Assembly: GCA_963666315.2 (NCBI GenBank)
Contig: CAXXHG010000032.1
Location: 96,001-160,000, forward strand
Source: Candidatus Binatia bacterium
GTDB lineage: Bacteria; Desulfobacterota; Binatia; Bin18
Direction of reading: 5' to 3'
DNA: 64,000 bases
Part shown: positions 31,341 through 41,081 of the stretch, piece by piece
Layout: each line of letters opens with the position of its first letter
How positions within the stretch are numbered: the first letter of the stretch is position 1
Translations under genes and position numbers: made by a program
Notes under the pieces: generated by a model
Database searches by the model: none
What the model was told of the DNA's origin: nothing
What the model saw: only the letters and a program-made list of their open reading frames with translations

Positions 31341-32615
31341 CTATGATCCCTGTGGCACGTCCAACTGAAACACCTGCGCCGCATTCAAACCTAAGATCTT
31401 CTCTCTATTCTCTTCAGACAATGTGTCCATCTGACGCTCGATACTGGCAGTCGAGTGCGGCCAACTGCCTTCGTGATGCGGATAGTCACTCGACCACATG
31501 AAATTGTCAACCAGATCGAGTTCCTCAGCCAGCAGAAGTGTGGAGCGGTCATTCATAAAAGAGGAAAAGCAGTTGCGTCGATAGTAGAAGCTGGGCGGTT
31601 CAGGCAAGACGGGTCGCATCCACATGTGGTGGCCTTTGTGCGCGTAGCCCAAGGTTTCGACCATCCACGGCACCCAGCCGATGCCGCCTTCGATAGAGCC
31701 AGCCTTGAGTTTTGGGTGACGCTCAAACGTGCCGGAGGAAATCAAATGCACAAGCGGGTCCATGACCGTAGACATAGAGTGGCTGACATAGTTAATCAGC
31801 GCACCGCCGTTGCCGCCGACCGCACGTCGGTCCCGACCAGTGGAGACATGGAAGGTAATGGGCAGATCGACTTCTTCGACGAGCGACCAAAAGGGCTCAA
31901 ATGATTTGTCGTTGTACTGCAACTCGGCGTCTTTGAGCGGTCCAAAGATAGGTTTGTTTGGCAGGGTCAGTCCTTTGAAGCCTTGCTCTGCCGCCCATTT
32001 GACCTCAGCCAGGGCACCTTTCAGATCACCAGTCGCGATCATGGCCATGGGCATAAAGCGCTCCCAGTGGTCGCCGAACGTTTCTTGTGCCCAACGATTC
32101 CAGGCCCGAAACATCGCGCCCTGGAAAACCGGATCAGGCGTCGCATAAGCGAGCAGCCCTTTATTGGGAAAGATCATCTCGGCATCAATGCCGTCCGCAT
32201 CCGCGTCTTCGATGCGCTGCTTGATATCAATCCCAGCATGATTCCGGCGGAAATCCTCCTCTTCAAAACGCTTTGAGTACAGATGAGACATGTCCAAGTC
32301 TTCGAACGATTCAAGCGCCGGCAGATATTTCTCATAGTTGCGGCCCGGTTTGACAAGCATCGGCTTCATGCCCTCGCAGATCGTCCACTGGGCGCCGTCC
32401 TCATCAATTTCCATCCTCGGAATGCGGTCTAAGTATTTTTTCTCAATACGCTGCTCTAAATAGTCATTCGGTTCGATCCCATGCGTATCGGCCGAGACCA
32501 TATAGTATTTATTGGGATCGTCGGCATGCGCCGTCCGCGCCCAACCGTCGTGGCCAGGGGTCTCTTGACGCCATGCATTGTGAGGAGATTCTGTTTGGGG
32601 CGTTGTCGTTGCCAT
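31341..32615 (-). CDS. Amidohydrolase_2 family protein
   Basis: SADTH, FHVSTG, IEGGIGW, WSSDYPHHEG, NAAQVF; ATG 32615 after AAGGAGG. Confidence 0.88.
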   Translation of the reverse strand: MATTTPQTESPHNAWRQETPGHDGWARTAHADDPNKYYMVSADTHGIEPNDYLEQRIEKKYLDRIPRMEIDEDGAQWTICEGMKPMLVKPGRNYEKYLPALESFEDLDMSHLYSKRFEEEDFRRNHAGIDIKQRIEDADADGIDAEMIFPNKGLLAYATPDPVFQGAMFRAWNRWAQETFGDHWERFMPMAMIATGDLKGALAEVKWAAEQGFKGLTLPNKPIFGPLKDAELQYNDKSFEPFWSLVEEVDLPITFHVSTGRDRRAVGGNGGALINYVSHSMSTVMDPLVHLISSGTFERHPKLKAGSIEGGIGWVPWMVETLGYAHKGHHMWMRPVLPEPPSFYYRRNCFSSFMNDRSTLLLAEELDLVDNFMWSSDYPHHEGSWPHSTASIERQMDTLSEENREKILGLNAAQVFQLDVPQGS

Positions 32616-32738
32616 TGCGTCCTCCTTATGATCGGTCCACACACCGGGGCGAATCCGAGCTAACCAGGACCAACCGGGGCTTGTTTACTAGACATCACCT
32701 ACCAGATATGCAACACGCCAAACCTGAGGACAAGCACT

Positions 32739-33062
32739 ATGAAATTCGGCATCATTCACGACTTTCGCAATCCACCCCAGTGGCGACGCCCGTATCCAGA
32801 GCTGTACCACGCATTGCTCGACCAGATCGTTCGGTCTGAGGATCTGGGCTATGACAACGTCTGGCTGGCGGAACATCATTTCAGACAAGACGGCTATAAC
32901 CCGTCTACTCTGACCACGGCAGCCGCGATTGCCGCGCGCACGAGTCGAATCAGAATCGGTACGTATATTTTACTCATGCCGTTCCAACATCCGGTCCGTA
33001 TCGCCGAGGACACGACCTGCATCGATATCTGGTCCAATGGAAGGTTCGACCTGGGTGCCGGG
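32739..33062 (+). pseudogene. 5' third of an LLM oxidoreductase, truncated at the direct repeat
   Basis: MKFGIIHDFRNP..WLAEHHF..NGRFDLGAG then switches into repeat sequence. Confidence 0.85.
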
Positions 33063-33163
33063 CGCGCGGGTCCTTGTAATCACCGGTAGTGATAGGCGAA
33101 GGGGGTAAGTTCTGAGAACGACTCCCCTTTCGGCATCAAGTGGCCCAGTTTCCTCTCTTTCGT
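33059..33163. repeat. ~105-bp direct repeat, copy A
   Basis: CGGGCGCGCGGGTCCTTGTAATCACCGGT...CTCCCCTTTCGGCATCAAGTGGCCCAGTTTCCTC matches 34199-34302 with a few substitutions. Confidence 0.9.
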
Positions 33164-33446
33164 TGTAAAGGGTCGAGAGACCGGGCTGACGGGCCAGAAG
33201 CCGCTTATGCTCAGACGTGACTAGCGTCTACCAGGACAATAGGAACCCGGATTTTATAGATTAAGTAAAAATGGGCCATAGGTTCTTGTCCTACTCCTGG
33301 TGTATTTTCATCCCCAAAAATATTGCTATCAATCTTAAAATCCTGTGAAACTTTACCCCTGTTTGTTTGATTTGACCCTGTTTGGGCTCTCTTTTGTTTC
33401 AAATGGTAAGAATCTTTGCTACTATCGAGCAATAAAGGACTACCCT

Positions 33447-33716
33447 ATGCCCAATGTAGAAAAACTCAGCGTCGCACTTACTCCGGAAATGGCCGAGATG
33501 GTTCGCCGAGCCGTCCAGAGGGGAGACTATGCCAGTAGTAGCGAAGTCATCCGTGACGCGCTGCGTGAATGGAAGCTCCGCCGTACGATGGAACAGGTCG
33601 AGATTGGTGAACTTCGCCTCCTGTGGGCCGAAGGGCTCCAAAGCGGACCCGGTAAACATGCCAGTATGAAAGCCATCATCACCGAAGCCCGGCGCCGTGC
33701 TGCAGAGCCCAGCTAA
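33447..33716 (+). CDS. parD: ParD-like antitoxin (CC2985/RHH family)
   Basis: EKLSVALTPE...VQRGDYASSSEVIRDALREW; TAA overlaps the toxin ATG. Confidence 0.88.
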   Translation: MPNVEKLSVALTPEMAEMVRRAVQRGDYASSSEVIRDALREWKLRRTMEQVEIGELRLLWAEGLQSGPGKHASMKAIITEARRRAAEPS

Positions 33717-34003
33717 TGCCCCGGCTCATTCGTACCGCGCAAGCCGAAGAAGACCTGATTGATATCTGGTCCTACATCGCACAGGATAACTCACAAGCTG
33801 CTGATACGCTCCTGGAAGACATCGACCAGAAATGCGAACTGTTAGCCAATAATCCCGCCTTGGGGCCAGAGCGCCCAGATATTGCGCCAGAGCTTCGCTA
33901 CTTCCCCGTAGGGCGGTATCTGATTCTCTACCGCATGCTGGATGATGACATCGAAGTAGTACGGGTTCTGCATGGTGCAAGGCACCTGCCCGGATTGTTT
34001 TAG
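33716..34003 (+). CDS. parE: ParE/RelE family toxin
   Basis: AEEDLIDIWSYIAQDN..AAD, NPALG..RPDI, YLILYR, VVRVLHGAR. Confidence 0.9.
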   Translation: MPRLIRTAQAEEDLIDIWSYIAQDNSQAADTLLEDIDQKCELLANNPALGPERPDIAPELRYFPVGRYLILYRMLDDDIEVVRVLHGARHLPGLF

Positions 34004-34198
34004 CCTACCGCTCCATCCCCTCTTCGTAATAGGGCAATAGGAACGATTCGTCGGGAAATGGGCCATTTCACGTTGCATTGCGTTTTCAGCTCCCTCCTCC
34101 GCTCCTGTAAGCTGAGTGAGGGGTGCCGCCTAACCACTGAGAAACTCACCGCTTTTGTATTGTGTATGCAATTCTGTCTCGCAAACCGGACGGGATGT

Positions 34199-34302
34199 CG
34201 GGCGCGCGGGTCCTTGTAATCACCGGTCGTGACAGGTGAAGGGGTAGGGTTTGAGAATGACTCCCCTTTCGGCATCAAGTGGCCCAGTTTCCTCCCTTTC
34301 GT
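34199..34302. repeat. ~105-bp direct repeat, copy B
   Basis: Matches 33059-33163. Confidence 0.9.
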
Positions 34303-34352
34303 ATATGGAGACGCCCGACAATAACCGAGAAGTTATCGGCCTGGTCCCATAC

Positions 34353-34898
34353 TCAACGCTTGACTGCAATCGCGGTCTCACCGAATGAATGTGTCATCCA
34401 TGCCTCTGGATCTGAGAGCAGATCGCTCGCATTGTGCTTGCCGAGCGTCAGGTTTGCACACACAAAAACACCGCCCGTCCGCAGCCGTTGATGCAGACCA
34501 GTGACCAGCTGGGGGGTTGGGGCGAATCCGTCGAAGAATGCGAGGTCGTAGACGTTTGTGTCAAGGCTGTCGAGGACGGTTAGGGCGTCACCGTGATGGA
34601 CGTGGACGCGGTCGCTCATTTTATAGGCCATGCAGTGTTGACGAGCGATCTGAACGTGCTCGGGGTCGCTCTCAATGGTATCGACTTGGGCACTCGGAGC
34701 GCCGTAGGCAAGCCACAGCGCACTATACCCGAGGGCGGTCCCCACCTCGATAATGCGCGTAGCCTGGACTGCTGCTGCAAGGACTCCGAGTAAAGTGCCC
34801 TTGTCATACGGGTAGGCCCCACAGCCATGACGGGCGCGGTGTGTGTCCGTGGTGCTCAAGATATCAACAAACGGATCAGTCGTGAGCAGATGTGACAT
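34353..34898 (-). CDS. SAM-dependent O-methyltransferase
   Basis: IIEVGTALGYSALWLA, GDA, YDLAFFDG, LRTGG. Confidence 0.85.
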   Translation of the reverse strand: MSHLLTTDPFVDILSTTDTHRARHGCGAYPYDKGTLLGVLAAAVQATRIIEVGTALGYSALWLAYGAPSAQVDTIESDPEHVQIARQHCMAYKMSDRVHVHHGDALTVLDSLDTNVYDLAFFDGFAPTPQLVTGLHQRLRTGGVFVCANLTLGKHNASDLLSDPEAWMTHSFGETAIAVKR

Positions 34899-35146
34899 TC
34901 GAGAAATCCTCCTTTCTTTGTTCTCCTATCATCGTCCACTCGTTTGGCCCACTCGTTTGTAGCAGAAGCAATCTCTCACTTGATGGCGCCCCTTCGGCAG
35001 CCGTGCGCCTGCAAATCTCACTTGCGACCATGCGCTTTCTGTCTCTTGACCTATGCATCCCCCTGGCGGTCTGTGTGGGGGCATAGTACAGTGCCCCCAC
35101 TATCCCTCAGATGTACCCTCAGACGCACAGGATAGGAATCCCAAAA

Positions 35147-36112
35147 ATGTATGTGTTTCAGAAAGCGGCTCTTCAACAGTTCTGTGTGTGGCTGCTCCTT
35201 GGTCTTCTTTTCATGGGCATGCATGCGTGTGGACCTAGGATTCGACTGACTGACGATCATAAGGGCTCATGGCTGAGGGCGATGTTCGGTGGCGGACCGC
35301 GCCCGCCAAAAATATATCCTGTCGCGGTGGGCTATATCCCCAGGTTGAAAGAGAGGAAGCCTCCCCTGCTTCCGCCACTTTACATCCTCGTCCTACGCCC
35401 GCTTGACCGCCGTGCGCTCCCGGCAATCCATGCAAGCCGGGAGAAAGAACGGCTGCTTCTCCAGGGAGTGGACAACCTGATCGGATTTTCTGGTCTGAGT
35501 TTTCAAGAAGGACCTGTGACAATCGCGGCAGTGAGAGGGAGACGAAGTCTACAGGAGTTACCCCGGATGGACGCAGGGATGCCACATCTGCCGGATATTC
35601 CAAAAATATTCTTTACAATGGACAGGTTAGCCGAGACCGTCCAATACGCCCTGACGTTGCATTTCCGTGAAGTGGGAATTGAAACGGAAATACTGCCTTT
35701 CTCCTTCCCAGAACCGCTGGCAGCGGGAAATCAGCGTGCGGCGTATGCCCTGGGCTGTACGATAGACGAGTTTTCTCTGTTCAGCCTCCGGCGCTACCAA
35801 CAGGTCCGCGTCGGGTCGCGTCGGATAGAATTGCCGCTACGAGGACCCACACGGGCGGCTGTGTCCTTGTCGCTCTCCCTGTACCGGCTACCGTCCGGAA
35901 AGGTCGTGTGGCAGGAGCAGGTCTGGGACGTTGTTCACGACCCACCTCGACACGGCGATCAACATCACTATCGCACAGCCGACGATGTACTCACTTTGGC
36001 CCTGAGTCGTACGATTGGTGGTATTCTGTCCATCCCGAATTTTCAGGCTGCCCTGCGCCGTTCTCGTTCTACGGCATACACCGCTACGGAGAATTTTCCT
36101 CCTACAACTTGA
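35147..36112 (+). CDS. Hypothetical protein, possible lipoprotein
   Basis: Long ORF; hydrophobic N-terminus ending MHAC-G; C-terminal SLSLYRLPSGKVVWQ strand pattern; start uncertain. Confidence 0.55.
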   Translation: MYVFQKAALQQFCVWLLLGLLFMGMHACGPRIRLTDDHKGSWLRAMFGGGPRPPKIYPVAVGYIPRLKERKPPLLPPLYILVLRPLDRRALPAIHASREKERLLLQGVDNLIGFSGLSFQEGPVTIAAVRGRRSLQELPRMDAGMPHLPDIPKIFFTMDRLAETVQYALTLHFREVGIETEILPFSFPEPLAAGNQRAAYALGCTIDEFSLFSLRRYQQVRVGSRRIELPLRGPTRAAVSLSLSLYRLPSGKVVWQEQVWDVVHDPPRHGDQHHYRTADDVLTLALSRTIGGILSIPNFQAALRRSRSTAYTATENFPPTT

Positions 36113-37481
36113 TGCTACGCAGCTGACTCACTCGCCGGCGTACGTCTGCGGCAAAAGGCGCTTGGGGGTCTAGCACAAGAGCGCGCTCATACGCGGCTAA
36201 CGCTTCTGCCTGCTGCCCCAGCTGCTCAAAGGCCTCTCCCAGGCTCACATACGCATAGGCATAATCAGGTTGTAAGTGTATCGTCTGCTGCCAGGCCTGT
36301 ACTGCGCCTGCTACGTCGCCCTCCGCAACTAACACATGGCCTAGCCGATTGTGCACATGGGCTGAGGTTGGGACGAGTTGCAGCGCGTTGTTATACGCCG
36401 CCAGCGCTGCATGTGTGTCGCCTTTGACTTCGAGCGCCCGGGCAAGATGAATATGCACGCTGGCATCATCCGGATTGAGGCGGAGGGACTCGCCAAACGC
36501 CGCAATCGCCTGGGTCAGATCGCCACGATCCTGCAATGCCAATCCTAAGCGGTACTGGGCCTGGGCATTGGTGGGCGCCAAGTGTGCAGCTTTTTGCCAT
36601 TGGAGAATTGCCCCATCCAAATTTCCTTCAGTATAGAGCGCGTGTCCTCGCCTGAGATGCTCGGACACTAAGGGTGAAAAAGTCTGCGGCGGCGATGGGT
36701 GCTGAGAAGAGATCTGTGGGGCGAGCTGCCGGGGCGCTGGGGCTGGTGTTGAAGGGGCTGCGTGGGGAATAGCCGCCATCTTCATCCGGGTGGCGGACTC
36801 TGGCAGTATTGTCTGTGCAGGAAGTTTCTCTGGCCTCACCTGGGGCGTAACAAGTGGAACAGGTGTGGGCAGTAACGAGGTTGCGCTTGGAGATGTTCTT
36901 TGAGAAGGGGAGGGAGGGGAGGTTTTTTTTGCCAAGACCATCGGGCTGGAAGCAGGCAAAACCTGGGATGGTGCTGGAAGGACGCTCTGAGAAATAGGCG
37001 GCGGCTGTGTGAGAGAAAAGAGCACCTGGGCGTGGACCTTTTGGGCGGCGTCAGCTTGCTCAGCTTGTCCATTCAGGACAGCGGTAACAAGATGTGCCTG
37101 TTGTTGGACTGAAAAAGGCGGGGGTTGGTCTGCTTTGAGATCAAAAACGAAACGGGTGTGAGTCGGATGGGAGCCTATGCGAAGCCGTGCAACAAGGCCG
37201 TCGGCTGCTGCATGCGTCGCTGACGGTGATTGTTCGACCACTCTGCCCACATCAATGACCAGACGTACGGGCGCGCGTAATACAAAGGCGTGAACGAAGT
37301 CGGGTGGTTGAGAAAAGCGTAAGATCAGGGTTGTCTGTTTTCCTGCTTTGGAAAGCTGAACCTCCTGTAAGCGGAGGGCCGACGGATCGGAGAGAGGCTG
37401 GAAAAAAGCGTCTAAGGGCTCTAGTCCCATCCCGCCCATCCCGATAAACAGGATCAGGGCACTGCCTAGTTTTTTCCCCAT
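36102..37481 (-). CDS. AMIN domain + Pro-rich linker + TPR repeat protein (paralog 1)
   Basis: FVLRAPVRLVIDV..RIGSHPTHTRFVFDL AMIN motif; ~5 TPRs (AQYRLGLAL, VHNRLGHVL, AYVSLGEAF). Confidence 0.8.
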   Translation of the reverse strand: MGKKLGSALILFIGMGGMGLEPLDAFFQPLSDPSALRLQEVQLSKAGKQTTLILRFSQPPDFVHAFVLRAPVRLVIDVGRVVEQSPSATHAAADGLVARLRIGSHPTHTRFVFDLKADQPPPFSVQQQAHLVTAVLNGQAEQADAAQKVHAQVLFSLTQPPPISQSVLPAPSQVLPASSPMVLAKKTSPPSPSQRTSPSATSLLPTPVPLVTPQVRPEKLPAQTILPESATRMKMAAIPHAAPSTPAPAPRQLAPQISSQHPSPPQTFSPLVSEHLRRGHALYTEGNLDGAILQWQKAAHLAPTNAQAQYRLGLALQDRGDLTQAIAAFGESLRLNPDDASVHIHLARALEVKGDTHAALAAYNNALQLVPTSAHVHNRLGHVLVAEGDVAGAVQAWQQTIHLQPDYAYAYVSLGEAFEQLGQQAEALAAYERALVLDPQAPFAADVRRRVSQLRSIKL

Positions 37482-37503
37482 CGCGGCCTTTTTCCTGCTA
37501 TGG

Positions 37504-38772
37504 CTATGACCCCGAGGCCTGCAGGCGTTCAACACGCTGGCGTATCTCTGCGCACAGGGTTAACGCCTGCTGCTTCTTGCCCATTTTCTTAAGCGCTTGC
37601 GCGAAGCGTGGACAAATGGGTACGGCACGCTCGTATGCGGCCAAAGCTTCCCGCTTTTGGCCTATTTTTTCCAATGCCTCGCCCAAATGGGCATGTGCAT
37701 AGGCGTAATTGGGCGCCAACTGTATCGTCTGCTGCCATTCATTGACTGCTGTCCGCCAGTCTCCTTTAGCCGCCGCAAGATGGCCCAACCGATTATGTAC
37801 GTAGGGCGCAGAGGGGACCAACTGCAGCGCTGTGCGATACGCTGCCAGGGCTGCCGGTGTGTCTCCCGTGGCCTCAAAGGCCCTGGCAAGCTGGACCTGG
37901 GCAGTCGCATTATCCGGCTCCAGGCGTAGCGCCTGCTGAAATGCGCCAACCGCCTCTGGGTACTGTCCGCGTTTCCGGAATGCTACCCCTAACAGATGGT
38001 AGGCTTTGGCCGCGTGAGGGGCCGTGCGGACTGTCTCCTGCCACTGAAGGATAGCCTCATCGACTTTTCCTGCATCATACAGAATCTGTCCCTGCTCAAG
38101 GTGATAGCGTGCTTCTTGTGGGAGGGGCTGTGGCGGGGCGGCCTGCTTCACCTCAATCTTAGGGGAAATAAGAGCCGGAGTTGGGGGAGTTGGGATTGAG
38201 GTTGAGATTGGACCCGGCCTCTTGGGGCGGCGCTGGGAAGCTAGTGCCGTGTTGGACAGCGAAAAGAGGATTTGAGTGTGTGCTCGCGCAGAGACAGCGT
38301 CTTGTTCTCCCATTTGCTCGCCGAGTTTGGCAATGACGAGAGTCTCTTGTTGGTCAACCGAATATGGCGGAGCTGTCCGGCCTTTCAGGTCAAGCACCAG
38401 CCGAAGGCGGTGTGGATGAGAACCGGTGCGTACTTGGGCCAGAAATATATCTTCTGCCTGGTAGGTGCCAGACGGCAAGTCTTGGACTGGGCCGTGCACA
38501 TCAATAACCAGACGCGGGGGCGAGGAGAGCGCAAAAGATCGGATCGAGTCTGGTGGGCGGGAAAAACGAAACAAAACAGTTCTCTGGCTGCCTTTGACTG
38601 AGAGGTGTATCTCCTGCAGGCGGAGAGGAGTGGGCTGGGCAAAAACGCCCGAGGACCAGAAGCCTGCCCAGAGCAGCACAAGAAGGATACTGATCCATAC
38701 GACAAACCTGGACCCAGGCAGGCGCGCCGCCCAGCGGACTTCAGTCTTTCTGCATATTTTTAGGGTGATCAC
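37504..38772 (-). CDS. AMIN domain + Pro-rich linker + TPR repeat protein (paralog 2)
   Basis: Signal peptide ..GVFAQP, FALSSPPRLVIDV..VRTGSHPHRLRLVLDL, TPRs; starts right after the TetR stop. Confidence 0.8.
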   Translation of the reverse strand: MITLKICRKTEVRWAARLPGSRFVVWISILLVLLWAGFWSSGVFAQPTPLRLQEIHLSVKGSQRTVLFRFSRPPDSIRSFALSSPPRLVIDVHGPVQDLPSGTYQAEDIFLAQVRTGSHPHRLRLVLDLKGRTAPPYSVDQQETLVIAKLGEQMGEQDAVSARAHTQILFSLSNTALASQRRPKRPGPISTSIPTPPTPALISPKIEVKQAAPPQPLPQEARYHLEQGQILYDAGKVDEAILQWQETVRTAPHAAKAYHLLGVAFRKRGQYPEAVGAFQQALRLEPDNATAQVQLARAFEATGDTPAALAAYRTALQLVPSAPYVHNRLGHLAAAKGDWRTAVNEWQQTIQLAPNYAYAHAHLGEALEKIGQKREALAAYERAVPICPRFAQALKKMGKKQQALTLCAEIRQRVERLQASGS

Positions 38773-38773
38773 G

Positions 38774-39487
38774 TTATGAGCCGCGAGGCCGGCGTTTGTT
38801 TGAACGGAGCTGGCGGGAGACCTTCGCCAGTTCCTGTTCGACCTCTCCGAGTTTTGTCTCTACTTGGCGCAGACTGCTCGTCACACTCGTGTCGTCCGCT
38901 CGTGATTGAGTCGTGAGACTGCCCGATTCTAAGATCTGGGTAAATACTCTGATAATCTCATCTGGAGCAATCGCATCTCCAGGCTGATACCAACGGTAGA
39001 GCCAGTTACACATGCCCATAAACGCCTGGACCAGCAGTCGGGGGTCTTCATCAATTATTTCGCCGCGCTGGATACCATTCTCGACTTCCTTTTCCATCAG
39101 GCGGTCGATTTCCCAGTGCATCCTGACCACGACCTTCACCGCCTCGGCTGGCAGGTTGACCTCCTCCCGAAACAGGAAGCGCATCAGCGAGTGCTGCCCG
39201 CTGAGCGCGGCGATCTGAAGCTCCATCGCCTGCCGGATTTTCTCTGGGCGGGATAGGGGACGGGCCACGATGTCTTTCAGTCCTTGCCGATAAGCGGCTA
39301 GGGAACGCGTAAAGACCTCGGCCAGGAGGGCAGCCTTACTCTCAAAGTAGGTGTAGAAAGTGACTCGGGAGATGCCCACCTGGGAGACGATGTCGCCCAG
39401 CGTGGTGTTCTGGTAGCCCCGTTCGGTAAAATACGCCGTGGCGACCCGAATGAGTTCTTCTTCCACCAGATTGCGCGTCCGCGACAT
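38774..39487 (-). CDS. TetR/AcrR family regulator (KstR2-like C-domain)
   Basis: FTERGYQNTTLGDIV..GISRVTFYTYFESK; GMCNWLYRWY. Confidence 0.9.
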   Translation of the reverse strand: MSRTRNLVEEELIRVATAYFTERGYQNTTLGDIVSQVGISRVTFYTYFESKAALLAEVFTRSLAAYRQGLKDIVARPLSRPEKIRQAMELQIAALSGQHSLMRFLFREEVNLPAEAVKVVVRMHWEIDRLMEKEVENGIQRGEIIDEDPRLLVQAFMGMCNWLYRWYQPGDAIAPDEIIRVFTQILESGSLTTQSRADDTSVTSSLRQVETKLGEVEQELAKVSRQLRSNKRRPRGS

Positions 39488-39540
39488 TGCCCTTCCTGTC
39501 CCTACTGTCCTTCCTGAATGGTAGCGCTAGGTTTTCTCCC

Positions 39541-39581
39541 TTGACTTAACCGGGGAGCGCTACTACTTTACCTGAAGTAAA
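39541..39581 (+). promoter_or_regulatory. Sigma70-like promoter with overlapping palindrome (candidate TetR operator)
   Basis: TTGACT-17 nt-TACTTT; TTTAC-N5-GTAAA at 39567-39581. Confidence 0.55.
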
Positions 39582-39683
39582 ACTATTTGAACCTTTGTAA
39601 GAATCAATACTTATCTGTCATGTCAAGGAGGACAGGTTTGTCGTACCGAGGGCAGGTCTGTCCTATTTATTAAGGAGGACAGT

Positions 39684-41006
39684 GTGCCGGGTTACCAAAC
39701 TCCGCGCTGGATGTGTGTCAGACAATTGAGCTTCCTCATGATGCTGGGGTTAGTGCTGGGAGGTTGGTGCAGACCCTCTCTCTCGGCTGCCGAAGATCAG
39801 AGCTATGACGCCCTGCGGCACTGGATCGACCAGTATCAGCCCGACGCACAGGTGACCCCTGGCCAGCATCTCACCGAGAAAGACCGGAAAGGTTTGCTGG
39901 AGCCGCTCATCCCCCAGTCGGCGTGGGACTACTACTTTTTTGACGGTCTGGACATGGAGATTGCGGCAACCGGACACTACCCGCCGCCAGCGGAGTGGGG
40001 CAAGAATGTCCCCTCCGACTACACGTTGGATGAGCGTGGTGTCCTGGTGGGGTTTACCGGTGGAGGATTTCCCTTTGCGGATATCACAGCCGACGATCCG
40101 CGCGCGGCCCATAAAGTCGTTTGGAATATGCTCTGGCGGCCTGGAGCCGAGGGCTACGTCATGCCGATGGTAGCCTGGTTGCGGAGTGAGAACGGGCAGC
40201 TCGACCGGAAGTTGGAGTTTACCGCCCTGAGCTCCCGATACGCCCAGGGTGCCCACTGTCTAGTGCCGGGCTATGAAGAGATAAGAACCAAACAGCTCAT
40301 GGAGTTCCGCTCGCCGCGGGATATGGCTGGCGCCAAGACGCTCACCAAAACCTATGTGGACCACTACAAAGAAGATGCCGGCTGGCTGTATATGCCCGCG
40401 CAGCGCAAGCCCCGACGTACGCTGGCCTCCGAGCGCACGAGCGAGTTGATGGGCATGGATTACACCATGGAAGACGCCATGGGATTCGGCGGGAAGGTAT
40501 ACGAGCACAACTGGATTTATTTGGGTAAAAGAGCGGTTCTGGCCACGATCAATGTGCGTGACAACCCCGAGGCGGGCGGCCCGCACCTCTGGGTGCCGAA
40601 CAAAGCCCGCTGGGAAGTACGCGAGAGTCATGTCCTCTTGATAGAGCCTAAAGCTAAAAACCACCCTTACAGCCACAAGATTGTGTTTATCGATACAGAG
40701 ACGTTCTGGACGCTATGGATGTTCGGCTTCGATCGACAAGATGATCAGCTCTTACGTATGAACCAGCATTTTTTGAAGTATTCCGAGAGCTATGCCGACG
40801 AGGTGACTCAGCAAGCGCCCTATATGCAATTAGATTTCTCGAATAACGTCGGGCACCGCGTGCTCATTCACTTGGGGGAAACGGATATCAACGCCAAGAA
40901 GCCGCATGCCACCTTCACTCATTGCTATGTGATGATGAAAGATTTCTCTCCAGGTCGAGCCAAGCAGTTTTACTCACTGCGCAATATGGTCAGCGGCCGG
41001 CGCTAG
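39684..41006 (+). CDS. DUF1329 domain periplasmic protein
   Basis: Signal peptide, GFPF, KVVWN, WLYMPAQRKPRR, HPYSHKIVFID motifs. Confidence 0.8.
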   Translation: MPGYQTPRWMCVRQLSFLMMLGLVLGGWCRPSLSAAEDQSYDALRHWIDQYQPDAQVTPGQHLTEKDRKGLLEPLIPQSAWDYYFFDGLDMEIAATGHYPPPAEWGKNVPSDYTLDERGVLVGFTGGGFPFADITADDPRAAHKVVWNMLWRPGAEGYVMPMVAWLRSENGQLDRKLEFTALSSRYAQGAHCLVPGYEEIRTKQLMEFRSPRDMAGAKTLTKTYVDHYKEDAGWLYMPAQRKPRRTLASERTSELMGMDYTMEDAMGFGGKVYEHNWIYLGKRAVLATINVRDNPEAGGPHLWVPNKARWEVRESHVLLIEPKAKNHPYSHKIVFIDTETFWTLWMFGFDRQDDQLLRMNQHFLKYSESYADEVTQQAPYMQLDFSNNVGHRVLIHLGETDINAKKPHATFTHCYVMMKDFSPGRAKQFYSLRNMVSGRR

Positions 41007-41081
41007 TTGGTGGTGTCCCCCAGGGCAGGAAGTGTTCTCTCTCCGCGCCTCCTGCCCCTCCTATTGGAGGCTGAACGAATA

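Noticed and set aside
33057-33085. Resemblance of GCCGGGCGCG..TGTAATC to the SRP/Alu 5' end
   Set aside because: Short match only; no SRP domain IV motif follows
33211-33440. AT-rich segment ORFs upstream of parD
   Set aside because: No recognisable protein signal; treated as promoter/foreign spacer DNA within the repeat-bounded module
34120-34160. GCCTAAC/GTTAGGC motifs (also at the hicB stop, ~7927) as integron attC sites
   Set aside because: Only one half-site in each case, no matching complementary box at a suitable distance, and no intI gene
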